This document shows, piece after piece, positions 53,761 to 63,115 of a DNA stretch of 64,000 nucleotides (its first letter is position 1; each line of letters starts with the position of its first letter). Position numbers and translations under genes: made by a program. Under the pieces are notes generated by a model, which was not told the origin of the DNA, made no database searches, and saw nothing but the letters and a program-made list of their open reading frames with translations. The DNA comes from Escherichia coli. Lineage in GTDB: Bacteria; Pseudomonadota; Gammaproteobacteria; Enterobacterales; Enterobacteriaceae. The stretch lies in NCBI RefSeq assembly GCF_003991155.1, contig NZ_CP031293.1, one strand, 5' to 3'.

Positions 53761-55413
53761 ATGTCCAAACCATTTATCTGGCAAGAACCGTTTCTACAAA
53801 ATAAAGACGGTACAGAATATACATTAATTAGCGATCAACATATTACAGTAACGGAATTAGACGGCGAAGAAGTGATAAAAATCGCTCCTGAAGCATTAAC
53901 GCTGCTTGCCCGGCAGGCATTTTATGAAGCCTCTTTTTTCTTACGTTCCGCTCATTTGCAACAGGTCGCCAGCATTCTTAACGATCCGCACGCCAGTAGT
54001 AATGATAAATACGTTGCGTTGCAGTTATTACGTAATGCTGAAGTCTCAGCAAAAGGGGTATTACCCAACTGTCAGGATACCGGCACCGCAACTATTGTTG
54101 CCAGTAAAGGGCAACAGATATGGACCGGAGGTAACGACGCTGAAGCCTTAAGCAAAGGCATTTACACCACTTTTCAGGAAAATAATCTGCGCTTTTCACA
54201 AAATGCGCCACTGGATATGTATACCGAAGTCAATACGCAAACCAATCTACCGGCGCAGATTGATATCAGCGCCGTCGCTGGTGATGAGTACCATTTTCTC
54301 TGTATTAATAAAGGGGGCGGCTCTGCCAATAAAGCCGCGCTTTATCAGGAAACCAAATCCCTATTGCAACCAGAAAAACTGACCGCATTTTTAATCGAAA
54401 AAATGAAATCGCTGGGCACCGCTGCCTGCCCGCCTTACCACATCGCCTTTGTCGTCGGAGGGCTTTCAGCCGATCAAACCTTAAAAGTTGCCAAGCTGGC
54501 CTCAACGAAATATTACGACAATTTGCCCACCAGCGGAAACGAGCAAGGACAAGCATTCCGTGATATTGAGCTGGAAAAAGTATTGCTCGAGGCCAGTCAG
54601 CAATTTGGTATTGGTGCGCAATTTGGGGGTAAATATTTCGCTCATGATATTCGCGTCATTCGTCTGCCGCGTCACGGTGGCTCTTGCCCGATAGCTATGG
54701 CGCTCTCCTGTTCTGCGGATCGCAATATCAAAGCAAAAATTAACAAGCACGGTATCTGGCTGGAAAAACTCGAACACAATCCGGGGCAATATATTCCAGC
54801 CTCACTGCGGGAAGAAAATCACGCGCAACATGTACAGCTGGATCTAAACCGTCCGTTGCGTGACGTGATGCAGGATCTCGCCAGATTACCGGTAGGCACC
54901 CGCGTGTCGTTAAGTGGTCCCATCGTAGTGGCGCGCGATATCGCCCACGCCAAAATAAAAGCGCGGCTGGATAGCGGCGAACCGATGCCGGATTACCTGA
55001 AGCATCATATTGTCTATTACGCTGGCCCGGCGAAAACACCGGAGAACATGGCCTGCGGTTCACTGGGTCCAACCACGGGCGGTCGAATGGACGGTTATGT
55101 CGATACCTTCCAGGCGGCTGGCGGCAGTCTGGTGATGTTATCGAAAGGTAACCGCAGCCAGCAGGTCACCGATGCCTGTCACAAACATGGCGGCTTCAAT
55201 CTGGGGAGTATTGGCGGTGCAGCTGCGTTACTGGCGCAAGAATATGTCAAAAGTCTGCGTTGCCTGGAATACCCGGAGCTGGGTATGGAAGCGGTGTGGA
55301 TGATGGAAGTGGAAAATTTACCCGCATTCATCCTGGTAGATGATAAAGGCAATAATTTCTTTAGTCAGTTTGAGCAGCAACACCGCTGCGCCAGTTGCCC
55401 TGCGGGACATTAA
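53761..55413 (+). CDS. fumD: Class I (Fe-S) fumarate hydratase family enzyme, probable mesaconase/fumarase, 550 aa
   Basis: [30 protein letters not shown]...[10 protein letters not shown]...[11 protein letters not shown] is FumA/FumB-like over its full length. The fumD symbol follows the O157:H7 class I fumarase I recall being reported next to the glutamate mutase genes. Confidence 0.85.
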   Translation: MSKPFIWQEPFLQNKDGTEYTLISDQHITVTELDGEEVIKIAPEALTLLARQAFYEASFFLRSAHLQQVASILNDPHASSNDKYVALQLLRNAEVSAKGVLPNCQDTGTATIVASKGQQIWTGGNDAEALSKGIYTTFQENNLRFSQNAPLDMYTEVNTQTNLPAQIDISAVAGDEYHFLCINKGGGSANKAALYQETKSLLQPEKLTAFLIEKMKSLGTAACPPYHIAFVVGGLSADQTLKVAKLASTKYYDNLPTSGNEQGQAFRDIELEKVLLEASQQFGIGAQFGGKYFAHDIRVIRLPRHGGSCPIAMALSCSADRNIKAKINKHGIWLEKLEHNPGQYIPASLREENHAQHVQLDLNRPLRDVMQDLARLPVGTRVSLSGPIVVARDIAHAKIKARLDSGEPMPDYLKHHIVYYAGPAKTPENMACGSLGPTTGGRMDGYVDTFQAAGGSLVMLSKGNRSQQVTDACHKHGGFNLGSIGGAAALLAQEYVKSLRCLEYPELGMEAVWMMEVENLPAFILVDDKGNNFFSQFEQQHRCASCPAGH

Positions 55414-55422
55414 GGAAAATGA

Positions 55423-56025
55423 ATGGAAGCGCGAATTTCAACTGAACGGCATGTGCAGCGCCAGCAGAAATTGAAGGAACAGGTCGATACGCGCGTCGCG
55501 GCGGCGATAGAGAAAAAAGGGATTTTGATTGTTTTCACCGGCAACGGCAAAGGGAAATCCACTGCCGCGTTTGGTACTGTGACGCGCGCGGTGGGTCATG
55601 GCAAAACGGTGGGGGTTGCGCAGTACATCAAGGGGCAATGGGACAACGGCGAATACAACCTTCTCCAACCGCTGGGGGTTGAGTTTCATATTATGGGAAC
55701 CGGTTTTACCTGGGAGACACAGAACCGGCAAGCGGATATCGACGCGGCGAAAGAGGTCTGGTCGGAAAGCAAACGGATGCTGGCTGACAAGCGTTACGAC
55801 TTAGTGGTGCTTGATGAGCTGACCTATATGCTGGCTTACCATTATCTGGACACCGAAGAAGTGATCGCTTCTCTGCAAAACCGCCCGGCACAACAAAGTG
55901 TCATTGTCACCGGACGCGGTTGCCACAGTCAGATATTAAAAATGGCGGATACGGTCAGCGAAATCCGCCCCGTCAAACATGCTTTTGATAACGGCATTCA
56001 GGCGCAGCCGGGTATCGACTGGTAA
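55423..56025 (+). CDS. ATP:cob(I)alamin adenosyltransferase, CobA/BtuR/CobO family, 200 aa
   Basis: ...GILIVFTGNGKGKSTAAFG (P-loop)...DLVVLDELTY...VIVTGRG... is typical of the CobA family. Starts 9 nt after fumD. Confidence 0.88.
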   Translation: MEARISTERHVQRQQKLKEQVDTRVAAAIEKKGILIVFTGNGKGKSTAAFGTVTRAVGHGKTVGVAQYIKGQWDNGEYNLLQPLGVEFHIMGTGFTWETQNRQADIDAAKEVWSESKRMLADKRYDLVVLDELTYMLAYHYLDTEEVIASLQNRPAQQSVIVTGRGCHSQILKMADTVSEIRPVKHAFDNGIQAQPGIDW

Positions 56026-56027
56026 TA

Positions 56028-56059
56028 ACTGCGCCTGGCATCCCGCCAGGCGCAGGTTT
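56028..56059 (+). terminator. Terminator between convergent cobA-like and LysR genes
   Basis: CTGCGCCTGG-CATCCCG-CCAGGCGCAG (10-bp stem) followed by GTTTT. Confidence 0.7.
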
Positions 56060-56964
56060 TACATCTCCTGCGGTACGACCGATTTCGCCAGCAACCATTC
56101 ACGAAATTGCTGCAAGTGCGGTGAGTCAGACTTCTCTTCCTGCCACGTCATAATAAAACGATTACCGGTACGAATAGGCACATCACAGGGAATCACCATA
56201 TCGCCACTATCCAAATCATGTTGAATAGCGAACCGTGGTAACAGCGCCACGCCGAGATTAGAGCGCACGGCGGCAATCAGCATTGAAAGCAAATCGAAAC
56301 GTGGTCCGTTATTGACCAGCGGACTGCTAACGCCAGATAAAGCAAACCACTCTTCCCAGCCAGTAATACGGGTGCTTTGATGCAGAAGTGGTAACTCAGT
56401 AAGCAGTTCTGCCACTGACAGTTTTTGATCGGACATTGCAAGCAAACTGCCGCTGCATACCGGCAAAATCTCCTCATCAAAGAGATATTCTACTTCCGCC
56501 CAGGGCGCGCAAAAATTTTCGCGCATAATGACAGCATCGTACTCCCGATTAAGAAAATCGCCGTTATTAGCTAAAGAATGAATATTAACAATAATATCGG
56601 GATGTAACTTTGTGAATTCATGTAAATTTGGGATTAACCAGTGGGTACTAAAAGTAGGATTAACGGCAAGTTCAATAACCTGAACCGTAGGCTGCCAGGT
56701 CATAATGGTATTGGTATCGCGTTCCAGCTTATTTAATGTTTCTTTTACTATCCCCAGGTAATACTTCCCTGCATCATTAAGAAAAATGCGTTTTTTAGAG
56801 TGTGAAAATAACGGAGTACGTAAAAATTCCTCCAGCGCACTTACTTGTCTGAATACTGCACTTTGGGTTAACGCTAACTCCTCTGCCGCTCTGGTATAAC
56901 TTTCATGACGTGCGACGACCTCAAAAGTCACCAGCAGTTCCGTTTTAGGTATTTTTCCTCGCAT
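56059..56964 (-). CDS. LysR-family transcriptional regulator (GcvA-like), 301 aa
   Basis: MRGKIPKTELLVTFEVVARHESYTRAAEELALTQSAVFRQVSALEEFL contains the wHTH, followed by a LysR substrate-binding domain. Confidence 0.88.
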   Translation of the reverse strand: MRGKIPKTELLVTFEVVARHESYTRAAEELALTQSAVFRQVSALEEFLRTPLFSHSKKRIFLNDAGKYYLGIVKETLNKLERDTNTIMTWQPTVQVIELAVNPTFSTHWLIPNLHEFTKLHPDIIVNIHSLANNGDFLNREYDAVIMRENFCAPWAEVEYLFDEEILPVCSGSLLAMSDQKLSVAELLTELPLLHQSTRITGWEEWFALSGVSSPLVNNGPRFDLLSMLIAAVRSNLGVALLPRFAIQHDLDSGDMVIPCDVPIRTGNRFIMTWQEEKSDSPHLQQFREWLLAKSVVPQEM

Positions 56965-57002
56965 AATGCCTTCCCTTAAAAATAGTTGAAACTATCAAAA
57001 AA

Positions 57003-57026
57003 CCATTACTTATTGCTAAGTAATGG
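57003..57026. promoter_or_regulatory. Perfect 24-bp palindrome upstream of the LysR gene (candidate autoregulatory operator)
   Basis: CCATTACTTA-TTGC-TAAGTAATGG lies 39 bp upstream of the regulator ATG. Confidence 0.4.
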
Positions 57027-57115
57027 CAACCAAAGCAGCAATCAATATTTTATAAAAATCATGTTCGATATTTATAACCTGGTAAGCCTGGCGTGACAAT
57101 TGTCTCAATCAGACA

Positions 57116-57154
57116 ATAATAATCCGAAAAGCAAAACGCCCTTCGGATTATTAT
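57116..57154 (-). terminator. Hairpin downstream of the ammonia-lyase-like gene
   Basis: ATAATAATCCGAA-13 nt-TTCGGATTATTAT is a 13-bp stem. On the minus strand it is followed by ATTGTCTGATTG. Confidence 0.45.
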
Positions 57155-57234
57155 GATTCAAGTTAAGTGAAGATTATTAAATTGATAGCAATTATCATAT
57201 CTATGGATATTATGACAAACAATCAACAAAAATT

Positions 57235-58905
57235 TTATTTTTGATTTATAGCATATCCTTCTAAGAATTTTTGCGAAGCTGCAATATCTGGGGTAAAGAC
57301 CCGATCCTGGTCGACAAACGGCACGACTTTTCTGTATTCGGTAAACATTGCTTTGGTGGATTTCCCTAATGCCAGTTGTGGATCGGCCTGCAACCGTAAA
57401 TCGAGAGCCTGTGCGGAATGCATCAGTTCAATGCCATAAATCACGTTCAGATTATCGACAACCTGTTTCAATCTTCTGGCCGCGTGGTCATTATTGGCAC
57501 CGGTATCTTCTATACCTCCGGCAACCGGTTGAATATCGAAAGAAACCGGGTTAGCGAGATCGACATTTTCCGCATGCAGCGCAACAAACGGGATATGTAA
57601 TGAACCGAAGCCATGACCTTTATTACCTGCTGCCGACAGGAAGCGTGACAAACCGGTAAAGTGATCATCTTCAAGATGCAGCGAGCGGCGCATACTGTTA
57701 TGTGAAACATGCACTAACGCCACGGTCAGACGCTGGGTGGCAAGCGCAACCGGTAACGATTCGAAATTCGCCGTCGGGAAGATCCCACCGCTGATTGCCC
57801 CATCTTTAACAAAATATTGCGCGACCTGACTGGAGTCCTGATACGCTTTGTCTGCATTCAGCACGGTTGCCGGGTTGTCATCGGAACTGTTGATCTGCAC
57901 GGTAATGGTATCTTCAGCATCGCGCAACGCGCGCATTGCCTCAGAAATGGTATACACCGTCGTTCTGAACGATAACGGATCCTGCAATGCACGTTTGTCA
58001 TGCTTATGCCATAAATAAGAACCACTTAACGCATCGCGAATCTCTTTAGCGGAATCAGCCAACTGCGGGAAAGGACGCACGGCGATCGACTGCGGCAGTA
58101 CCGGCGCGACATTGCCATTCAACGCTTCCAGACTCATAGCGAAAACCACCGGGCTGACATTCAGCAACTGACGTGCCGAACGAACAGCTTCGATAGCGTA
58201 GGCTGTCCCGACGCTGTTGTTCGATAAAATCGCCAGCATATCTTTACCCTGCGGTACCAGTGGCTTAAGTCCCACTTTCGCCAGCGCGTCACCACCGCTC
58301 ATTTGCACGCCATTTACTCGGGCTTTCCATTCCCCCATCATCACCAGACCAACGTGCGAAGCGAGCATAATATCCGCTGCGCCGATACTTCCCCGCACCG
58401 GAATTAACGGTGTAACGCCGCGATTAATAAATTCGGCATACAACTCGGCAATATAAGGCTGTGCGCCGGTTTGCCCATGCAGCATGGTATTTAAACGTAA
58501 TACCATTGAAAGGCGTGCCAGATAATCCGGTAACATCGGACCAACGCCCGCAGAATGGGCGCGCAGCGCGGCAGCATTAAATTTTTTCGACGCGTCAATC
58601 ACCTCAGGCGTTAAATTTCCTTTGGCATCAAATATGGGCTGATCTTTATTTAGCCCCACGCCCACGGTTAAGCCATAAACAGGCGTACCTGAATGCGCGG
58701 CAGTCATCACCAGATCATAACTTTTTTCCATGCGCTCCATGGCGTTCGACGCGATTTTGACGCCGTTATCACCTAATGCAATTGACCAGGCCTGGTCAAT
58801 GGAAAGATGTTCGCCATCCAGCGTAATGGTTGATTTCGCCATCGCAATGGAGCAAACGCTCCAGAGCACAACGGTGACAGTGACTCTTCGTATCAATCCT
58901 TTCAT
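57235..58905 (-). CDS. Aromatic amino acid (histidine/phenylalanine) ammonia-lyase-family protein with an N-terminal signal peptide and no Ala-Ser-Gly MIO motif, 556 aa
   Basis: MKGLIRRVTVTVVLWSVCSIAMA|KSTITLDGEHLS... aligns collinearly with HutH from residue ~25. The MIO region reads GSIGAADIMLASH where HAL has GSVGASGDLAPLAH. Confidence 0.85.
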   Translation of the reverse strand: MKGLIRRVTVTVVLWSVCSIAMAKSTITLDGEHLSIDQAWSIALGDNGVKIASNAMERMEKSYDLVMTAAHSGTPVYGLTVGVGLNKDQPIFDAKGNLTPEVIDASKKFNAAALRAHSAGVGPMLPDYLARLSMVLRLNTMLHGQTGAQPYIAELYAEFINRGVTPLIPVRGSIGAADIMLASHVGLVMMGEWKARVNGVQMSGGDALAKVGLKPLVPQGKDMLAILSNNSVGTAYAIEAVRSARQLLNVSPVVFAMSLEALNGNVAPVLPQSIAVRPFPQLADSAKEIRDALSGSYLWHKHDKRALQDPLSFRTTVYTISEAMRALRDAEDTITVQINSSDDNPATVLNADKAYQDSSQVAQYFVKDGAISGGIFPTANFESLPVALATQRLTVALVHVSHNSMRRSLHLEDDHFTGLSRFLSAAGNKGHGFGSLHIPFVALHAENVDLANPVSFDIQPVAGGIEDTGANNDHAARRLKQVVDNLNVIYGIELMHSAQALDLRLQADPQLALGKSTKAMFTEYRKVVPFVDQDRVFTPDIAASQKFLEGYAINQK

Positions 58906-58955
58906 TGTGTTTCCTTATCATGATGAGTTTAACAACGGGTTACTGCGACAACGTT

Positions 58956-59906
58956 TTAATTTGTTCTATCTGTTTTCCCCCGCCGGACAATACTGGTCAC
59001 CAGGCGAGCGGCAACTTTCGCAGTTAAATTATCGCGGTCCAGGTCCGGGTTAAGTTCGGCAATATCCGCAGCAATCAACTTCTCGCTACCGGCGATTAAA
59101 TTCACAATGGCTTCAGTAATATTTAACGGCACGCCTAACGGTGATGGAGCAGAAACACCGGGCGCCTGATAACCTGGTAAAACATCGAGACAAATCGTTA
59201 AATAAATGGCGTCACAAGCCTGAATATCTGCCGAGAGCGCATTAGCGATCTCATGCAAACCACGTTCAAATTGCAGAGATTCGTCCAGCCAATAACGCAC
59301 ACCGAGACAATCAGCGCGATCAAATAACGCCTGAGTATTGGCAAAACGACTTATTCCCAGCACGCGATAATGAAACGGTTTGCCATGCTGCGCGTTCCAC
59401 TCTTGCATCTGACGAAACGGCGTACCTGAATTGGCTTGTTCCGCCATCCGTAAATCAAAATGCGCGTCAAGGTTCACAATCAGTAACCGCTGAATATCCG
59501 GACGCGACTGCATAATCCCCTGAAATGTTCCCCACGCCACTTCATGACCGCCCCCCAGAACCACCGGTAAACTGCCGCGCGCAATGGCTGTAGATACGTT
59601 AGCCGCCAGACGATTTTGTGCGGATTCCAGCGCGTGGTCCTCGCTTTGTACATCGCCCATATCGAAAATAGCGCCTTCACAGAGCACTGGCATATTTCCC
59701 AACATGCTGCGCAACGCGCCCGGTCCGCCTGCTGCACCCGCTCGCCCATCATTACGTTGCACTCCGTCATCAACGGCAAAACCAATCAGCGTACAACCGC
59801 CGTGGCTTTGTTCACTAAACGGTTGCACATGCTGATGCCAGCGAGTGCTGATGCCGGTTTCCTGCGAGTCAACACGCCCACTCCACGGCAAAAATGTTTG
59901 CTTCAT
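58956..59906 (-). CDS. hutG: Formimidoylglutamase (arginase fold), 316 aa
   Basis: ORF 58956..59945 trimmed to the ATG at 59904-59906 after GGAG. MKQTFLPWSGRVD... with GGGHE, DAHFD and CLDVL metal-site motifs. TAATG overlap with hutI. Confidence 0.88.
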   Translation of the reverse strand: MKQTFLPWSGRVDSQETGISTRWHQHVQPFSEQSHGGCTLIGFAVDDGVQRNDGRAGAAGGPGALRSMLGNMPVLCEGAIFDMGDVQSEDHALESAQNRLAANVSTAIARGSLPVVLGGGHEVAWGTFQGIMQSRPDIQRLLIVNLDAHFDLRMAEQANSGTPFRQMQEWNAQHGKPFHYRVLGISRFANTQALFDRADCLGVRYWLDESLQFERGLHEIANALSADIQACDAIYLTICLDVLPGYQAPGVSAPSPLGVPLNITEAIVNLIAGSEKLIAADIAELNPDLDRDNLTAKVAARLVTSIVRRGKTDRTN

Positions 59907-61117
59907 TACCAACTCCTTTTTCCGCCGACAATAAGCCCCTGGCAAGGCTGATGCCCAAACCAGTAAGCCAGTTCACGTGGATGATTAAGATCCCAGACCG
60001 CCATATCCGCCCGTAATCCCGGTGCAAGTTCACCCCGGTCAATAAGTCCAAGTGCCTTTGCCGCATTACGCGTAACGCCCTGAACGGCTTCCAGCGGCGT
60101 CATGCGAAACAGCGTACAGGCCATATTGATCATCAATGGCAATGACATATTGGGAGACGTTCCGGGATTATGGTCCGTGGAGATAGCAATCGGCACACCT
60201 GCGGCCCGCAGAGCGACAATCGGCGGCAGATGGGTTTCGCGCAGGAAGTAATAAGCACCGGGAAGCAAAACCGCCACTGTTCCAGCCGCTTTCATGGCGG
60301 CGATCCCCGACTCGCTCAGGTACTCCAGATGATCGCAGGAGAGTGCAGAAAACGCCGCTGCCAGCGCCGCGCCTTGCTGGTCAGAAAGCTGTTCGGCATG
60401 CAGTTTTACAGGTAATCCATAGCTTTGCGCTTTACTGAAAACGCGCCGTACCTGCTCTGGAGTAAAGGCGATGTTTTCACAAAAAGCATCAACTGCATCA
60501 ATCAGCCCCTGTTCATGCAACACGCACATCCAGTCGCAAAGCGCCGTAATGTAATCATCACTGCGCCCGGCAAACTCTGGCGGCAGGCTGTGCGCCCCGA
60601 GAAACGTAGACTGAATATGTAACCCGGTAGATTGCTGCAAGCGGCGGATCACGCGTAAACAACGTGCTTCATCTTCCAGCGTTAAGCCATAACCCGATTT
60701 GATTTCAAGCGTACTGACGCCTTCACGTTGCCAGTTTCGCAGTCGCTGCGCCGCCAGTTCAAACAACTGTGTTTCGCTGGCTGCCCGCGTGGCATTAACC
60801 GTAGATAAGATCCCGCCGCCCGCTCTGGCGATATCTTCATAAGCCACGCCTTGCAACCGCATCTCAAACTCGTTCGCCCTCTGGCCGCCATACACCAGAT
60901 GTGTATGACAATCCACCAGACCGGGTGTCAGCAACTTACCCTGTAGATCGTGTTCCTCTGTAATATCAGCCGTCAGTTCACGGGGGATCTGCGTGGCCTT
61001 CCCAAGCCAGACAATCGAGTCACCACGGCTGATTAATGCCCCCTTTTCAATCACTCCCCAATCGTTAGCGGAAAGCGTCGCCAGCGTGGTATTTCGCCAG
61101 AGCGTTAATGCACTCAT
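59906..61117 (-). CDS. hutI: Imidazolonepropionase, 403 aa
   Basis: ORF 59906..61150 trimmed to the ATG at 61115-61117 (MSALTLWRNTTLATL...). It carries the amidohydrolase motif GLVDCHTHLVYGG. ATGA overlap with hutD. Confidence 0.9.
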   Translation of the reverse strand: MSALTLWRNTTLATLSANDWGVIEKGALISRGDSIVWLGKATQIPRELTADITEEHDLQGKLLTPGLVDCHTHLVYGGQRANEFEMRLQGVAYEDIARAGGGILSTVNATRAASETQLFELAAQRLRNWQREGVSTLEIKSGYGLTLEDEARCLRVIRRLQQSTGLHIQSTFLGAHSLPPEFAGRSDDYITALCDWMCVLHEQGLIDAVDAFCENIAFTPEQVRRVFSKAQSYGLPVKLHAEQLSDQQGAALAAAFSALSCDHLEYLSESGIAAMKAAGTVAVLLPGAYYFLRETHLPPIVALRAAGVPIAISTDHNPGTSPNMSLPLMINMACTLFRMTPLEAVQGVTRNAAKALGLIDRGELAPGLRADMAVWDLNHPRELAYWFGHQPCQGLIVGGKRSW

Positions 61118-61704
61118 AAGGATTTTTCCCCTCGTAGATAATAAAGCCACCAGCCCGCCAGCTCACCGACGGAGACTTTCTTCCGTGGTACGAAACGCCA
61201 GGGCCTGCCATCAGGTGCAACCAGCCATAACAACATATTTGCCGCGACAAACACCCTTTTCTTGCCGCTTATCCACTCCCCTTCACACAGCGTGAACAGG
61301 CCCGCTTGCGCAAGTGACGGAGGACGCCAGTCAACGGCACTTTGCACCCGCAACATCCCCGCATCGCCTTCCCGCGCCATAACATTCAGATCGCGAACCC
61401 CGCCGCCCAGCAGCTGGCAATCAGGCATAGCTTCTCCAGGGAAAATTAAGGCGGGATCGTGACGTTGCAGGTTGATGATCGAATCGGCAAACGTTAGCTT
61501 CACCCCTTCCCCGTCGAGAATCGCGAGGCCACGAACCACGCCAGGCCACGCTGAAAAAGAGCCATCCTGACTGACATTCGCCATACTGATGCGCAACAAC
61601 CAGTTTTCATCATCGGGCCAGGCAAGCAGCTGTCGGGTAAACCCCCCGCCGTTGCGCCACGGTTGCAGCGGCTTATCCATTGCAGAAATCAGCATCGGTT
61701 CCAT
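61114..61704 (-). CDS. hutD: HutD-family protein, 196 aa
   Basis: ...PLQPWRNGGGFTRQLLAWP... is the HutD signature (W-x-NGGG-x-T). Start codon uncertain: ATG at 61704 or the in-frame ATG three codons downstream (61695). Confidence 0.8.
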   Translation of the reverse strand: MEPMLISAMDKPLQPWRNGGGFTRQLLAWPDDENWLLRISMANVSQDGSFSAWPGVVRGLAILDGEGVKLTFADSIINLQRHDPALIFPGEAMPDCQLLGGGVRDLNVMAREGDAGMLRVQSAVDWRPPSLAQAGLFTLCEGEWISGKKRVFVAANMLLWLVAPDGRPWRFVPRKKVSVGELAGWWLYYLRGEKSL

Positions 61705-61705
61705 A

Positions 61706-63115
61706 TTAAGACTCGGGATAAATCGTATAAGCAGGAACGCAGGTGGTGCGTTTGGCCCACGGGTAATAGATAACGGCGGTAATTAACAAGCCGACAATCC
61801 AGGAGATATCCGCCCCATCCATCAGGACAGAAATGGGTCCCTGATACAGTTTTTGATTCAGGAAGGGGATCTGCACCAACACGCCTACGCCATAGCACGT
61901 CAAAGCGGTTTTGTTATACGCGCCATAACGCCCTTCCGGGGTATAAAGTGCCGGAATATCGGTTTTACCTTGTGAGATGAAGTAGTAGTCGATGAGATTA
62001 ATGGCGCTCCACGGCACAAATACCGTCAACAGCAGCAGAACGAAGTTTTTGAAATTATTCAAAAAATCTGCGCTTGCCGCCAGCGCGACGACCATCGACA
62101 ACAGCACGAACCCTACAACGTAGGCAGCACGAACACGCTGTGAAACCTGACTGCGATTATTAAAGGCGCTGACGGTCGCCAGAATCGACATAAAGCCACC
62201 GTAGGCATTCAAACAGTTCACCGTCAGTTTGCCGCAAACAATCACCGTATAAATCAGAATGGCGAAGGTGGGTCCGGCTAACTCACCCATAAAACCAACC
62301 TGATCCTTCAGGAAGTTAGCACCACAGGCCGCAACAAGCACGCCAAACGTCATGGCACATTGCGCGCCAAGCGTGGTTCCCAGAAAGGTGGCAAAGAAGA
62401 TTGATTTTGCTGGCGTATCAGAGGGTAAATAGCGGGAATAATCAGAGGCGTAAGGGGCAAACGTTAATTGCCATCCGGCAGAGAGAGCAATCGTTAATAA
62501 AAAGACCGACAGACTAAATGGCTTTTGACCAAATGCCGCAGCCACATCGTAGTGACCGCTAAGTTGAGTGGCCAGGTAAATAAACCCCAGAATACTTAAT
62601 ATCCCTGCAACACGGCCAACGACGTGAATAAGTTTATAACCGACCAATGCGATCATCGCGGTCAGCATGCCGAAAATAATAATTCCGGTCGATGCCGATT
62701 CGAAACCAAATATCCGGTTAATCGCCTGACCGGATAATACTGTACCCGTCGCGGCAAATCCAAGGTACATAATAATCACCATCAGTAACGGTAGCGCCGC
62801 TCCTTTAACGCCAAAGCGGATACGACTGGAGATCATCTGGGGTAATCCCAGCTTTGCCCCCTGCGACGAGTGCAATGCCATTACTGCACCACCAATAATA
62901 TTACCGATTAATAAACCAATTATTGCTGACATGGCTTCGGAGCCAAAAATAATCGCTAACGCGCCGTCCACCACAGCGGTAATTTGTAAGTTAGCACTTA
63001 GCCATAAAGTAAACTGACTGGATGGCGAGCCGTGGCGAGCAGACTCAGGAACGGCGTTAATCGTATTTGATTCTAATACTGGCTTTTTACTGCGGATAGG
63101 GCTGCTTGATTCCAT
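61706..63115 (-). CDS. NCS1-family (purine-cytosine/hydantoin-type) permease, 469 aa
   Basis: ORF 61706..63160 trimmed to the ATG at 63113-63115 after AGGAG. MESSSPIRSKKPVLESNTINAVPESARHGSPSSQFTLWLSANLQI... is polytopic. Confidence 0.85.
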   Translation of the reverse strand: MESSSPIRSKKPVLESNTINAVPESARHGSPSSQFTLWLSANLQITAVVDGALAIIFGSEAMSAIIGLLIGNIIGGAVMALHSSQGAKLGLPQMISSRIRFGVKGAALPLLMVIIMYLGFAATGTVLSGQAINRIFGFESASTGIIIFGMLTAMIALVGYKLIHVVGRVAGILSILGFIYLATQLSGHYDVAAAFGQKPFSLSVFLLTIALSAGWQLTFAPYASDYSRYLPSDTPAKSIFFATFLGTTLGAQCAMTFGVLVAACGANFLKDQVGFMGELAGPTFAILIYTVIVCGKLTVNCLNAYGGFMSILATVSAFNNRSQVSQRVRAAYVVGFVLLSMVVALAASADFLNNFKNFVLLLLTVFVPWSAINLIDYYFISQGKTDIPALYTPEGRYGAYNKTALTCYGVGVLVQIPFLNQKLYQGPISVLMDGADISWIVGLLITAVIYYPWAKRTTCVPAYTIYPES

